From Podarcis vaucheri (Eukaryota): a stretch of DNA of 64,000 nt. Positions 12,551 to 26,950 of the stretch are shown in pieces. The notes under the pieces are model-generated. The model saw only the letters and a program-made list of their open reading frames with translations, did no database searches and was not told where the DNA came from. Both the position numbers and the translations under genes were made by a program. The stretch lies in NCBI GenBank assembly GCA_965113315.1, contig OZ220363.1; one strand, given 5' to 3'. The stretch's first letter is position 1. Every line of letters starts with the position of its first letter.

Positions 12551-12939
12551 CTAAAACGCAAAAATTAGGGCAACAGAGTTTCTGACATTGAAGTCCACTA
12601 GCTAAAAAGGCATGCTGATTTTTTGCCCACCATCAAAGTCTAGATAAAGTTTTGCAAAGCATCGGGGGATACGGAAGGAAATACATAAGTTATTGTTGAT
12701 AGGTTTACACATACTCAGCATTATCATATAATGAACTCAATTGTCCACGTGCCTATATCCAAAAGTGTTTTGGAAATATATAATTCATACAGTCATCCCA
12801 TTCCAAATGTACTCAGTGTAAACCAAACAATTTTGTACAGTGCCCAAAACACTATATTATAAAAATAGGTCCAATGCAAAATTTTATTATGAGCACAGAG
12901 TTTAAAATTTGCAGCAAAAGTTATTTTCTTAATGCTTAC

Positions 12940-12997
12940 CCCAGGATCTGATACAAATTGGTCTACAAACTGCCACTTGAGAGGCTCATCAGTAGAA
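12940..12997 (-). CDS. USH1C: Harmonin exon 7 (STDEPLKWQFVDQFVSDPG)
   Basis: 58 nt, TAG/GTAAG, phase 2->0. Confidence 0.96.
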
Positions 12998-14083
12998 CTA
13001 GAAAATATATAAGTGGTTAGATATGAACAAAGAAAAGATGCTGAAATAAGTAATGCACTGTGGATGCTTTCATACCACACCTCCTGATGTTGGGTTGCAA
13101 CCTAAATTCCCCTTGCTGTGGACCAGTCGGGATGTTTAAACAGTTTTCTGTCAGCTGGCTGTTGGTGATTTTAAAAGGCTTTGGAGAGCTAATACTTGTT
13201 TGGCTGCAAGCCATATGATCCCCAATATACAGAATCAAATGCTAGCTGTTAATTTACAGGTCCAGTAAGATTGTGTTGGTTGAACTTTGGTCACAAATAA
13301 TTTTAATAAAAGCACTTTAGGAGCATAATGGCTTTTTAAAAGGAAAAACCTTAGGTAAAGTGAATGGCTCCCATGCTAAATCCCATTGAAATAAAACTGT
13401 GTAGTACCTCTGTGCAGGACACAGCGTGCTACTTCTGGGGTAGTTTGCTCACCTTTGGTCCCCACCCTGCACTCAGCTCTCACCTGTGGCTCCTAGAAGC
13501 TGTCATCATGCAACAGCGGCCACACCCCAGGAAACAGCTTTGACTGACAGCTAAACCAGGTGAAGGTAGCCAATGGGTCTCAAACCCACAGTGAGTTAAG
13601 GACTTCCACTGCATGCAAAGATAGGTTTTGGCAGATTGAGCAGATGAGACCAATAGTGGGTCCAACAGTCAAGAAGGTAGTTTTTGTATGTGTTGTAGAG
13701 GGAGAAGAAAAGGCTAAGCAGTAAACCCTATACAAGTCCAGAGTGGAGTTCCCAGTATGGTTGGATGGCAACTTGTACACCTCCTTCCGACAATTCCTGC
13801 AGCCAAGCTAGTGCCAAATGTATTGCTCTGCTTTCCTTTGGACCACATCAGTGGGGCCCAGAGGCCTTGTTACCTTGGCAGCCCAAGACCTCCATATACA
13901 CTGCCCAAGCTTGTGCCCTAGGGAGGTCACTTGAGTGCTGCTAATGCAGCTGTTTGACTCCCCCACTGGAGGTGTACTACATTGTATCCCGAGAAAGATG
14001 GAAGGCAACAACATAAAACTGTGTAGTTTTCAGTTTTCAAAATGTGATGCTACTAAGCAGAGGAAATTGACAGAAGCAGTGTA

Positions 14084-14324
14084 CAGTGGTACCTCTAGTT
14101 ACAAACTTAATTCATTCTGGAGATCCATTCTTAACCTGAAACTGTTCTTAACCAGAGGCGCACTTTTGCTAATGGGACATCTTGCTGTCGCTGCGCCACC
14201 GGCACATGATTTCCGTTCTCATCCTGGGGCAAAGTTCTCATCTCCAGGTAACTCTTCCAGGTTAGTGGAGTTTGTAACCTGAAGCTTTTGTAACCTGAGG
14301 CGTTTGTAACTCAAGGTACCACTG
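14084..14324 (+). mobile_element. Tc1/mariner-type MITE, family A
   Basis: TA|CAGTGGTACCT ... AGGTACCACTG|TA; homologous to 22434 and 33797. Confidence 0.88.
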
Positions 14325-14385
14325 TAAATTATTAGATACATTCCATATTGTATGTAAAATATGCATTTAGCCAAAAGACAATTAC

Positions 14386-14410
14386 CTTTTCACAGGTATC
14401 ATGCCAACGT
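14386..14410 (-). CDS. USH1C: Harmonin exon 6, 25-nt exon (HVGMIPVK)
   Basis: TTGCAG/GTAAT; 25 nt, phase 1->2; matches HIGLIPVKS; preceded by a 93-nt intron. Confidence 0.93.
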
Positions 14411-14498
14411 CTGCAATGAAATAAAGTTTACTGTCAGTTGCCACAATAGCACTAAAGTATGGGAATTTTGGCAGGCAAAATATCAAAACAATGTTCTA

Positions 14499-14618
<120 letters not shown>

Positions 14619-14646
14619 TTAAAAAAGAAAGAGAGAGAGAGATAGA

Positions 14647-14773
14647 AGCTGAGATAACTCAGTTGGGGTTGTGGGTTCGAGCCCCATGTTGGACAAAAGA
14701 TTGCTATACTGCAGAGAGCTGGACTAGATGACCTTTGTGATCACTCTCAACTCTACAGTTCTAAGATTCTGTG
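14647..14773 (+). mobile_element. Short tRNA-head SINE with CR1-like tail
   Basis: GGTTCGAGCCCC box B; TGGACTAGATGACC...CAACTCTACAGTTCTAAGATTCTGTG CR1-type 3' end; about 35 nt from the USH1C exon 5 acceptor. Confidence 0.65.
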
Positions 14774-17700
14774 AAAATAGTATTTTATATAGTGTGTTTC
14801 AGTAGGAACAAACAATTTCAAATGGACAATGCATTTGAAAGAAGGCTTTTTTTGTGTAGAAATGAGACATATCCTGCTGTGAAATTAATGGAACACATCT
14901 TTGGGAATGGGCAAATGACAACTTTCAAGTTTTATGCAGTTGCTTGATCACATCTGAGCAGCCTATATATGCTCCCTTGCTGAGAAGTACATTATTGTTT
15001 TGTCCAGCAATCCTTTATTTCTTTCAGCTATTTTATGTGTATCAGCTCAGATCCGAACTCTGATTGAATGGAATAGGATGCTCACTAATTCTCCTTTCCA
15101 CCTGTGACCTCCAAAAATCTTCTCTACAGGGTTGGAGGACCACCTGAAGCACCATGAGAGGTGACCCTGAGGGGAAAGGAGGAATTGGTGAAAATAGTCT
15201 CCCTTCCACTATCTGCCAGCAGGATCAGAGTGAATTTCATTAAGAGAAAAAGTTCTATGAATAGAAGAGCAACTTAGGATGCAAGCCATTGAAGGTACAG
15301 TTTTGGGATCACACATCAAAGCTGTTTCTGGGATGGACTGTATCCTTTGTATACTTTGATGGAGTATATTATTTGGTAATTGACTTGCATTTCCTGCTGT
15401 TAAGCCCTAGGGAACAGTTCAGTATAATCAGAATCTATGCAATTTCATTGCATTGCATTCTGCCATTTATAACCTGGTGATGGACCTAAATTAATGGTTA
15501 CTTACTCTAGACATCCAGCTAAAGTCTAGAGTACATTACTTCATTTAATTCAATGTTCAGGACAATAGATATATATTGCATACCAACAACGTAGCCACTA
15601 ACATGAGTAAGTGCTTTTAGACCGTCTCCACATGGAGGCAGTAAAATTTTGCAGTCTCTTAACAGCAACAACTAAAGACTGAGCATAGCAAATGATGCAA
15701 AGACTAAATTACATAGTAAAATTCTAGTGAAGACCACAATGTTGCATGGCACCTTCAAATACATAAACTATGTAAGTTCATTAGATGTATGTAGTGTTCA
15801 CCTAAATAAGTAGGTAAATATATATCCCGAGTACATAGAGAATATTTTTATTTTTGGTGCAAAGTGAAGCCGAAATGTCAATAGCAATGAAATAAGTGTG
15901 CCATAATGCTGTGCTTAGTGCTGATGAATACAGAGACTCCAATCCAGTGAGTTCAAGATCCACTCTTGATAAGTGTCTGCTGGTGATGAATAGGCATAGC
16001 AAGACCAAAATAAAGAAACAGGCACAGAGAGAATTATTTTCTGTAGTGAGCTAGCTGTTTCCAGGATTTATTGAGACCAAAGTATTAAGTCAGTCTTGAA
16101 GACTTCATCCTGTTTTTGCTGTAACAAATCCACACAGCAGCCCCTCTAGACCCAACAGTGGATGGCGTGGTGGACCTGTGCCTCTCACCTGACCTCCCTA
16201 AATCTGAGTCTCTGCTGCGTATTGGGATGGGGAAGGAGAGGGGCAAGGTGGCAGCAAGGAGCAAATGCTGCAGCAGAGGTAATCCAGTGCGCTTGCTGGC
16301 TTGTTTGCACCATGCTGCCTTTGATTCTGCCTTGCCCCTCTCCCTCCCTATATGCAGTAGCAAGTCAGCCGGAAGTAGCTCAGGTGAGTAGGGCAGCCCT
16401 GCCTCACTGTCCACTACTGCCTAAATTATGCAAAGGGTTTGTTTTTAGTTTTGTTGCATAAGCGCTAACCACTGACTACATGCCATTTTATTCAATCAAA
16501 TCCTAAATTCAATTAATTCCCTTTGTAGTCTACTAAAAGCTCGTTTTAACGATATTGCTTCCATCTGATGGGCTAGGAAAGCTAGTATGGGCACGCTAAG
16601 GTGAACTGCAAGAACAATGCATTCTTTCAGTGGGCTGCTGCTGAGCTTTGGTTTACGGCACTTGCTTATCAGTTATCATTGCATGGTACTTGTTTTACTC
16701 ACATAATGAGTCAAGTTTAATTTAATTCAATCCTGAAATAACTGATTTCAGGCCATATTTTCCAGCCAAGGAAATCACATGCTAAACAGATGTTAGTTGA
16801 TACACTTAATCACTGCGGCAAACACAGAGAACCTGATCTGTGGTGTGTATAAGTCTTTTTAAAATTTCATTTGCCATGGCTTATTTAATCAGGTACCACC
16901 ACCTTGCCCCAACAATCTGGCATGAAAGCTCTGCCCCAGGATTGTTCTGGGGCCCAAAAACCCTTCCTCAAACCTTGCTATTTACAGCAGTGTTAACTTC
17001 TGTTTGAAATTATGTGCCGCTCATCTATTGGAATGGTGTAGCAAAGCAGATGCAGTTGCTTTTTCCCTTTACTGTATTCATATTTGCTAGGACTGAGTTG
17101 AATTTTCACAAGTTGGATCCAGATCCAATCAACGGAGTTCCCTTCTGCCACTGCATAAGAGATCTAATTTGGCCTATTGCAGGCCTTGCCTGAAGCTGCT
17201 TTTGCAACTTTGATGTGTGCCTCTTTGTGCTTGAATATCTATTTAAAATGCCGTCCATATTGCAAAGGACTAATTCATTTTTTAAAAAACCCTTTCAATT
17301 TAACATGTTGCATAAAGAGGGAGCTACCAAGGTTCCAACCCAACACTTAGTCTACTTTAACTTTTCCTTTTCCCCACTGCTGAATCAGTGGGGTTGAGGG
17401 AAGGGCAGGCTAGAAAAATTTGCTTTGGAGGCCTGTATCAGCCCCCCACGATGTGGGGCAGGATAGCTACCCTGGATGTAGATGAAATATGTACAAAGGT
17501 GTAACAAGACAAAAGTGAGAAAGAGCAAACATCACAGGGGCATTGCAACATAGCTGAGCGTCAATGTCTGTTTGTTTTGTTTCCAGATAAGGATCCTGTG
17601 CCATTAATGGCTACATAACTGATACAAATTTAGCAGATCTTTCCCCTTGTTGTTGCTTATTATTTCGTTCACACCATGCACTTGCTAAATGCACAAAAGC

Positions 17701-20529
17701 CCTTCCTAGAAGATTAGCCAACAATTCTACAGGGAAGAAAAGGTTTTAGTTAAGATTCAAAGTACTACTTGCACTGCATGCAGAGAGTGGAATAAAATAA
17801 TTGTCTTCACTGATATTAGGAATGATGTGCTTGCTCCACCTACTGGGGAATTTTTTAAACTGTAAAATCCCTTATTGATAGAGAGGAGGTTGTGTTCTCT
17901 CTTTGGTCCTTTCACCCCCAGCATAAATGAAAATTTTCTGCATGAAGAGGTTAGCTTCAGGAGGCAAATATGTCCATAATGCTTCTCTTGCTTATCTTTC
18001 CTGCTTATTGTTCACTGTCTGCGTACAGATGTCACGTAGTGTATCAGATTTGAATACACAATTGAATACACCATTATGTAACAAAGGTAAATCAGAGAGA
18101 TTCCTGTTCTCACTTTCTCCCAAAGACTGCTTCTTGCCATCCAGCAAGTAGCCAGACTTCTTTCTTTCCTTTTCCAAATGCAAACTGTATCCATGCAGAA
18201 TGCTTTCTTTTGCTCCACCCTCAGCAGTCTCCATGGTCTCCTGCGGCCCCCTCTTGCTCCCTCTACTGACTTGAAGTGGGAGATTGATCTTCTTCTGGCT
18301 GGGCTTTGGGGCTGGTTCTGCACATATATTTATTTTTACTCCTTTCTTTAACAAGACTTATCTACTATTTAATAGGAAAAATAGTTGAAGCAGTTTACAG
18401 AAAAGAATATAAAATATTCATTGGAAAATACTGGTAAAACCAAACTCTGCAACAAGTACTAAAATTGACCAACTCCAGATAAAATCAACAGTTTGAAATT
18501 ATCTAGACTTAACAAAACCTAAACAAAAAGCAAAAAGTATTTATCAGGTATCGAAGACAGTATTGCCAAGGCTTTGTATCTGCAAGGAGTTCCATAAATT
18601 AGGCTGCCACAGTAAGTGGTTGACTCCTTGTGAGTGTGGACCAACACTATTTGGCACTTATACAACTACCAGTATAAATATCAGTCAGTGTGTAAGAACA
18701 AATCCTATCTTCTTATATTGTCTAAAACATACATGAGTTAATGGCTTTTGGTCACACTACAGGAAGACAAAATTGGACAAATTTCCACCCCACCAAAAGA
18801 ATCTGGGTGAATTGCATTCTCTCTCTCTCTGTGTGTGTGTGTGTGTTTGTGTAATGCTCCAATAATAGCCATTAAAGACATTACTGGCAAGCTACACTCT
18901 TCATGAAATAAATGTTTGCTAGCTTTTCTATAATGTAGACTTGGCAAAAACCTTTCTGTTTCCTGTTGTCAATGTATTAAGCACCAGTATGTTATTACAG
19001 AAGAATTGACTAAGGGACTGAAAGCAAGGGGGCAGGGAACTAAAATAGAAAATTGTTTCATGCATTCCTTTGTTTTTACAGTCTGAAAAGGGGGCCTTTT
19101 TTATACTAACAAGTATACGGAGCAGAATCATGATGGTTTCAGATTTACTTTTTTAGTGTTTCCTTTACTTCTATTATTCATAATAATCTCCAGGCCTTTT
19201 TAGTTAACATAATCCCCAAAGATATGAGTACAGTATCTGTGAGAGCAACAAAATAGACAGATGAAATGCATGAAAAGGCTAAACTGTATCCATTTAGGAA
19301 AAAGAAGAAGGAGAAATCAGAAGAAAATAGGTCAATGCCACAAACGTTTCAGTTACGTATCTTGATTATACAGACACACATACACACTTTAAGTGGTAGA
19401 AAAACTACCTCATTTTCTCATAGTCAAGAGGATGGATCAAAATGGTATAGGAAAAAAAGGAGCCAGAAACATAATATTATGATAGAAGTTCATTATGCCT
19501 TTTCCCAGACTACATTTTTTTTCTAGCTTGGAAAATGTGTGGAGATTTAGTGAAATAATGCAGATGGGTGAAATTTCAGAAGCATTTGGCTTTATCATGA
19601 GACAGCAATTTAGAACAATGAGCAGCCTGTCAACTCCCCTTGTTCACTTGGTCTTAAAAAGTTTTAGAAAGTGTCTTGTACAGACTATTATGAAGGCACC
19701 TTAAGCTGATTCTTAACATCACATATCAACAAACCAAGGAAGGCAGAGCTACATTTTCTGCAAACGAGATTACTGGTTTGGTATAAATAGATATACTTTA
19801 ATGAAGTCAAAATATGAAAGTGTGGGATTTATTTGTTCATTTGTTTATTTGTCTAGGAATGGATTCACATTTTCCCCTCTCATGAAGTTCCCTTCTTATT
19901 CATCTGTTGGGAGATTTCTGAGTATGGGCTGGCTCACGATCTAAGCTTTTTTCAAACCATTCATGAAACAGGAATGCATGTGAATATCCATTATGAAGCA
20001 ACAAACTTAGTTCACTGGTTTCAAAATGTGTCATGTCAGTTACAGAGGGCACACGGGTGTATAAATGCTAGTTTTCACCTTTAAAATATGTGCAAGACTA
20101 ACCCTTTTCTATATTAAAGCCACATTTTTATTGTGTGTGTAGGTTTGTAATGAGCCCTATGCATGTTTTCTTGTTCGTCAGTGTATTAGTGCTCATAACA
20201 TAGCTTCCTCCTACAGGCTACAATCTCACATCCTGGCAAAAAGAGCTTATAGTGATAAACAGTATTCTTACATTTGATTACTAGTGGACGGTATGGTGGG
20301 GTGCTCATGTCATTGCTGCTTACTGGGAGGTAGAGGCAGCAATGAGGCTGGCACAGCACAAACACACCAGTAGCACCAAGGTGCTCATGGTAGTGTGTTG
20401 CACTGCACCAGTCTTGCTGCCACCTCTCCCCTCCTCTTCTCAGGAAGCAGCAGCAACTCCACCAGCTTGAATAATAGAATATATACATAAGATATTTTCT
20501 AGCTATATGAGACAGAATGTCCTTCTCAC

Positions 20530-20668
20530 CTGAAGTCCAACATTGTCTGCTTGTCCACCTTTCATTAGCTGAGAAATAAAAAGGCCACAGGCAAATTCGA
20601 CACCTCCTCTCACACTTATCCCAAGTCCTTCAGGATGCAAACGATCTAACCTCACCTCCTTCAGTTTT
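20530..20668 (-). CDS. USH1C: Harmonin exon 4, PDZ1 start ([46 protein letters not shown])
   Basis: 139 nt, CAG/GTGAG; GLGI carboxylate-binding loop; lies inside track ORF 20503..20760. Confidence 0.97.
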
Positions 20669-21497
20669 CTGCAAAAGTTGGAATAGGATAAACAGAATTT
20701 ACAGTTGCTACTTAAATAGTCCCATATACCCATCTGCCATTCACTGGTGTTGATTTTCAAGGCTTCTGAAGAAGGTGGAGTGTGTTGTCCTATACTTTAC
20801 TTTGTCAAATTACTTGTATTTGCATTGCATGCAACTAAGTCTTAGGGAGGGGAAAGCCACTTATATAGAGCAGTAGGAAGCAACTTCCAACTTTCATTAG
20901 CTCTCCTCCCTTACCCTGGCTGGGTACTCCAGACTCTTATAAGGATGCCACTCTCTCTTTTTTTGACTCTTACTCTTAATAACATGTCTCAACAGATAGA
21001 AACTGGTATTGCTTTTAAAAATGATTTGCATTTCCATGTTAGAAAAGGCATCTGTTCAACTTCTGTCTGCTGTGCAGCTGTTAAAGACACAAGAGCCCCA
21101 CTTAAAATACAAAAAATAACAATTCTAGTCTTGGTCTCCACAACCAAAGACTGACAGCTCTTTAATCAGCAGGGCTCCTGGGCTCAAAGGGTAAGGACTT
21201 AGGGAGCACCTCTCCCTCCTGTTTATTATCAGGATGAGGGAGGAAGAAAAGGGGAAGAATTTCAGGAGGAGACCTGCTATGATTGATTAACTGATATTAA
21301 CTTTCTGCTGCAGAAACAGAGGCATCCTGAAAAGAATTTTTTTGGGAGGGGAGCCACCTAAGGTTAGGCGAGGGCTGGGGCAAATAACTGATCAATATGC
21401 CTATGTATACTTGCTGAGTTCTTGAGTAAGAATTCATCAATTAGCAAAATAGAAAAAAATGTGCTCATATACAGAGAGGTACACTGATCAAACCTAC

Positions 21498-21641
21498 CTG
21501 GATCGTTTAGGTGTTAACTGATCATACTCCACTTGATGTTTTAATGGGATGAGAGGGCGTATGGCCTCAAATAAGGGCAGCCGGCTTGGTTCATTGATTA
21601 CATACTTCAGATCTCCCACCAACACTGGAAGATTCATGGAT
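21498..21641 (-). CDS. USH1C: Harmonin exon 3 ([47 protein letters not shown])
   Basis: AG/GT boundaries, 144 nt, phase 2->2; near-identical to mammalian harmonin. Confidence 0.97.
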
Positions 21642-22149
21642 CTACAAAATGAAGTTGAAGAGGGTTATAAGGAGAATGCAGTATTAACTACTGTACTGAC
21701 AATGTACTTAACATATTGTGCTCTCTGGCTTTCATAAGGCTACCTTAAAACCCCTGCCCCCAAGAGTCATTCTTCTTCTGATTCTAATGTTAAATCCACT
21801 GATTTGATACATATAACACCTCCATTTAAATGGAGTTCATGGAGTTAAAGTAAAATATGCTGCAGGGCCTATATTTGAAAGCTACAATGAGTGTAGTTAA
21901 AAGATCAGTATAGGCTGTTAGTCCAAATTTATGTGGATTACACAACCCCAATGCTATGTGATTCTGCATTTGTCCAACATGCACAATACAAAACCGCACA
22001 CTGTAGTTGTCTGTGCAGAGGACAAATGTTCACCATCTATAAGAAAATGCTTGGAAATGAAATGGCCAGCATTCAGGAAAAAAAATGCCATTCCTTGAAC
22101 ATTATGAAAAGGCTATATAACTTTAATCACAGTTTTATCTGAAGAGATG

Positions 22150-22327
22150 GGGGAAGGGCTCAGCGGTAATTATTTGCTTTGCATACAGAAGGTCCTACGT
22201 TCAACCCCTGACATCTTCAGAATGATCTGGGAGAGAACCCTGCATGAAATCCTAGAGAGCCACTGCCAGTCAGTGCAGGCTATACTGAGCTAGATGGGCC
22301 AATGGTCTTGCTTCTTACATTCCTATG
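22150..22327 (+). mobile_element. tRNA-derived squamate SINE
   Basis: GCTCAGCGGTA...CAGAAGGTCC..GTTCAACCCCTG head; GAGAGCCACTGCCAGTCAGTG...ACTGAGCTAGATGG body. Confidence 0.7.
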
Positions 22328-22433
22328 CTTCCAATGGCTAGTGGTGCTGAAGATGGTGCTCACTATCTGTGGCCTGAACCTCTGCATGATTACCTAGTGT
22401 TCTGGAGAAGCCTGTGCATGTACAAGTTGTATA

Positions 22434-22662
22434 CAGTGGTACCTCGGGTTACAGAGGTACTTCAGAGTTACAGACTCCGCTAACCCAGAAATAGTACCTC
22501 GGGTTAAGAACTTTGCTTCAGGATGAGAACAGAAATCGTGTGGTGGCGGCGCAGTGGCAGCAGGAGGCCCCATTAGCTAAAGTGGTGTCTCAGGTTATGA
22601 ACAGTTTCAGCTTAAGAACGGACCTCCAGAACGAATTAAGTTCTTAACCTGAGGCACCACTG
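22434..22662 (-). mobile_element. Tc1/mariner-type MITE, family A (inverted copy)
   Basis: TA|CAGTGGTACCTC ... GAGGCACCACTG|TA; interior is the reverse complement of the 14084 and 33797 copies. Confidence 0.88.
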
Positions 22663-24463
22663 TACACACAGGCATGTACAGTAGGTTTAGGAATATTTCA
22701 GACCTCTGGCTGTTGTCAAGGCACAGCATGGGGGTCCCTAATGTGATTCCCCTTCCCCTCTCCCCACAAAGCAAATGCATCCACAGAACGCCTGAAAGGC
22801 ATCTGAACATATGGCATACACATTTTTTGTTATAACTGCCCCATTCCTATGGTACTGTGTACAAGTTCTTAAGTTCTATCACAAGCTTGCTTATTCAAGA
22901 GTAAGCCCAATTGTATTTCATACGGCTAATCTTCAAGTGTTTAAGATTACATGCATACTGACATTTTAATGGGATTCCAGGATAATAACTTTATGAAAAT
23001 AACAGAATTAATCTGTAGCCAGTCTGTTGACTTCAGCCAAGTTACTCTAGCCTAAAGAATGGCAGAACTCCATACCATCTGTTTGTGTTCTTTACATCAG
23101 TCATCACAAGATACTGGACACCCTAGTATGTCACTTGATGTACAAGTAACACATTATTAATGGCAATTAAATACACACCAGGGTAGGAAATACATCACCA
23201 AATATTAAAGGAAATGCCAAACTGAATGTGTTGTGATCTTTAAAAATATAAACAAATGTCTTTTTATTTTTCTAAGTTTGACAAATATTGTGTTCTCAGT
23301 GTTGGCCTTGGATTATATGGTTTTTATATTATGCCCCCCCAAATGTTAAATGCATATTTAAAACACCAATTTTTTATAGATATCCATGGCAAGCAGTTGT
23401 ATGTTTAAATAAAAGCATTTGTCTGCTTTATGGCATAAGGTTTTCTGGATTAGAGTCCAGAACAACAGATATATGAAGTGGTCACACACACACGTCTCTC
23501 TCATAAGAACAGAAACACATAGCGGAAAACTGGCAATAGTACTGTGTCATAAAAGTTTCTACACTTAATACATATTAATGCAGAAACCATTTAGCATGGA
23601 TGTGATCCATTCCTGACACAAATAATAAAACTATATATTTTTACAGAATAACATAAACAAAAGCCCCAATGAGCTTATACTGTAAATTTTTACAGAAGCA
23701 GAAAGACGACAGAGGCAAGGGTAACAGGGGAATAATATACACAAACACACTTACAGGTGCTCAGTGTTAGTTTCTGGAGGGGCACATGTGGAAATGAAAT
23801 ATTCATCTAGCAAAATGGATTTAGGGTATTTCTTTGAAATCTAAGGACCATAAAAAGTCATATACCTTTGTAACAATATTGTACATTTTATTTAAGTGTA
23901 AGCAACATTTCCCAGCTTTGGGGGTGATGGGGCGTGAAATATAAATGCTCGAGGTATCTGTTAGGTTTACAACTCCAGTGAAGTTTTAAATAATTAACTA
24001 CGCTGAATTCTTCCTGATGTCACGAGCTGCAGGCAATGCTTTATGAATGGTGAAGCAATTAGACAGCCCGAACTGAAACCAAACCGGGTTTGTAGCCAAG
24101 GCTACACAAAACTCTGCTTTAACACAAAGAGCACATGGAAACTTGAAAAGTCTACATTTCATTCCATTATGATGCTATTAATTAAGTTATGCCCAGAAAC
24201 GATAATGGCCAGAATCATTCACCTATGAAGAATGGAAAAATACTCTCATCTCCTCCAACAACAACAATATGGACCAGGTGTACAGTGTACAGATGAGACG
24301 CTGGGTGAAAATAGTATACAGTGGAAATGGAATTATATCAGAAACTATATTTGTATCTTGTTTGTACAGTATTGTTTTACAGTATTGTATTTAGAAAAAC
24401 ACAAGCGTATAGGACCAAAATGTTAGAAATTGCTGGTGATCTCTGTGTTAAAATAACAAAGGA

Positions 24464-24547
24464 TGCAATCCTATACACGTTTACCTGGGAGCAAGTCCCA
24501 TTGAATATAATGGGGATTACTTCTGAGTAGACACAAATAGGGTTGCA
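24464..24547. repeat. Short (about 90 bp) palindromic interspersed element
   Basis: TGCAATCCTAT...AAGTCCCATTGAA..AATGGG..TTACTT...ATAGGGTTGCA; related copies near 640-715, 31315-31383, 47350-47432 and 63600-63685. Confidence 0.7.
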
Positions 24548-24933
24548 CTGTAGTTGTTCAAATGTGACTAGAATACCAAAGGCTAAAATGCCAGAATCAA
24601 GCAAAGTTAAGAACTGGATCATATTACTAGCATTTTCAAATGTGCAGATGGCCTTTAGTTTCCTAATGACAATTGTTTCAGAAATAGATTTTATCAAACG
24701 TTCCTTTATTTCAACAGTTTGGAATAAGACTTTGGGAATAATTCAGGAACATTATAAAAAGTCTTGCTTATTCCTGTTAAATGCAGAAGCTAAAAGGAAG
24801 TCTTAAATAGTTCCTCTGCCTATTTTTTTTTTACAGGTTAAAGATGAGCAAACATTTTTCTACTGATATAACTTTCCTCCTACTAAATGCCAAACTGCCA
24901 GAAGTGTGAAATCAATATGAAGGAATAACTTAC

Positions 24934-25001
24934 TCATGGTACATCCGCAACACATCATAGAGATAATCTTTCTCTGCTTCACTATCAATCAGCAGGTCAA
25001 C
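24934..25001 (-). CDS. USH1C: Harmonin exon 2 ([22 protein letters not shown])
   Basis: TTTTTACAG acceptor, GTAAG donor, 68 nt, phase 0->2; harmonin N-domain. Confidence 0.96.
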
Positions 25002-26312
25002 CTGTAAAAATGATAATTTTATTGTAATACTCTGACCACAAACTGTGACAGCTGAATACACCCCAACTCATTAACCAAAATATAATAATTAAATATATTT
25101 ATTTCTGCTTACAGGAGGCTTCTTGCAAAGGCAGCAATATTTTTTAAGAATGTGAAATAAAAACTACACCGGTGGAATTTATTAACATGCCAAAATCTAG
25201 TCATTTCATACCACAAAGTAGCATATTGATTCTCTTACCTGATAATGACTAAATTGCTGAATAAATATCTTCAGAAACCTTTTAGGCCATTCACTAATGT
25301 AGCACATGACTGAGCAACCAGAAACAATTCTACCAAAACCATCTAGATACCGAGTTCAATGGTTTTAAACTAGAAATGTCAGCATCCTTCTCATGACGCT
25401 GTGCAGCAAACTAGATTGCTCCTTGCAGCTCTGATATCTTGACAGAGGAGAGCTCGCTGCTAGAGTTATTCTTTCTTCACTGTCTGTCACAACATGTTCA
25501 CTTAAACTGGTGTCAGGTTTCAAGACTTTAATTTTGCTAACTGTTCAAAAATAAATAAAGGCACAGCGCCCACGTATACCATGGGAGAAGAAGTTACTTT
25601 TGGTAATCAGAAAGGACCACCACTGCCTGTGGCTTTCACATCGGTGAAAGTCAATCACGTCTGTGCTCATTTTCCTAAGAGCTATGGAGTTGCTACAAAG
25701 GCAGTTCTCAGAAGAACATAGGAACTTATGGTCCGACTCAGTATATCAGTCCATTTTTGCGAGTGTCATCTATTCTGATGGTGCAGAGGATTTCCCAGGT
25801 CTCAAGTAGGAAATGGAAAGGGCAACACCCCAAGGGGACTAGAAGCCAACAAACAAAACAAAACAAGAGACAAAGCCTGCTTGAAATGGAGAAACATATT
25901 AGAAGTTGCAATACATCCAATGCTCTTCAGAAGTAAAGACCAATAATTCCATTTATTGGGTTAATTTATTCAAAGCATATTGTCTCAAATTAGATACCTT
26001 GAGCATACTTTCAACTCCAAAGGCACATGCCTCCCTTGTCTCCTGAGACAGACGGATGCCAACTGTATTTTCTAGTGTGTTCTTTAACTTTGAGGATTTG
26101 TTTCCAAAGTGCCAGGCTCTCCCAACCCTGCTCTTTATAACTCTTCTAATTGGAGATGTTGGGGAATGAAGCTGGAAACTATGGCATACAGTCCATATCC
26201 TGTACTATTGGTTCATTCCTTAGAGCTAAAGAGAATGAAGATTGCTTAGCCTACTTAAGCAACATGCAAAGTAACATTTGCAAAAAATAATGGGGCATGA
26301 TTCAGCCATGTA

Positions 26313-26950
26313 ATGCAATCCCCAGCATATTTACTGAAGGAATTTCAATCCAGGTTTAGTTCTGGGTTTGGCATAGAGGAAGCCTCGGTTGCCGTAATAG
26401 ATGACATTTGCCAGGAGAGAGACAAGTGGAATGTGATACTGTTGATTCTCCTTGATCTCTCTGTGACTTTTGGTGATACTGACCATGGGATCCTGCTGGA
26501 GCAACTCTGTCAGATGGGAAGTGGCAGCACAGTGACATGGTGGCTCCTCTTTTACCTTCAGAGTCAATTTCAGAAAGCTGCATTGGGAGATTTCTGGTTG
26601 GCTCCATGACCCTTGTGCTCTAGAGTCCCACAAAGTTCTATATTGTCCCTCATCTTTTTTAACATCTATACGAAGCTGTAGAGTGAGGTCATCAGAGGAT
26701 TTTGAGTGAAGTGTCATCAGTATGTTAATGCCAGTTCTATTTTTCTCTGTCATCTGAGGCTATGTGTGTGCTGGATTGATGCCTGGATACAGTAAAGAGC
26801 TGGGTGAAGACCAATACACTGAAGCTGAATCCTGACAAGATGGAGGCAGTGTACAGAGTTGTACACTGTACATCTGCGAATTAGGTGTGCTACCCAGGTG
26901 GGGTTGCACTTCAATTGAAGGAATAGGTGCAGCACTGAAGCACAGGTGCT
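26313..26950 (+). mobile_element. Degraded L2/CR1-group LINE reverse-transcriptase fragment
   Basis: Translation FQSxF.SGFG.E...V.DD...LILLDLS..F...DHGILL, later GVPQ-like and LKLNPDK motifs, with frameshifts and stops. Confidence 0.82.
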
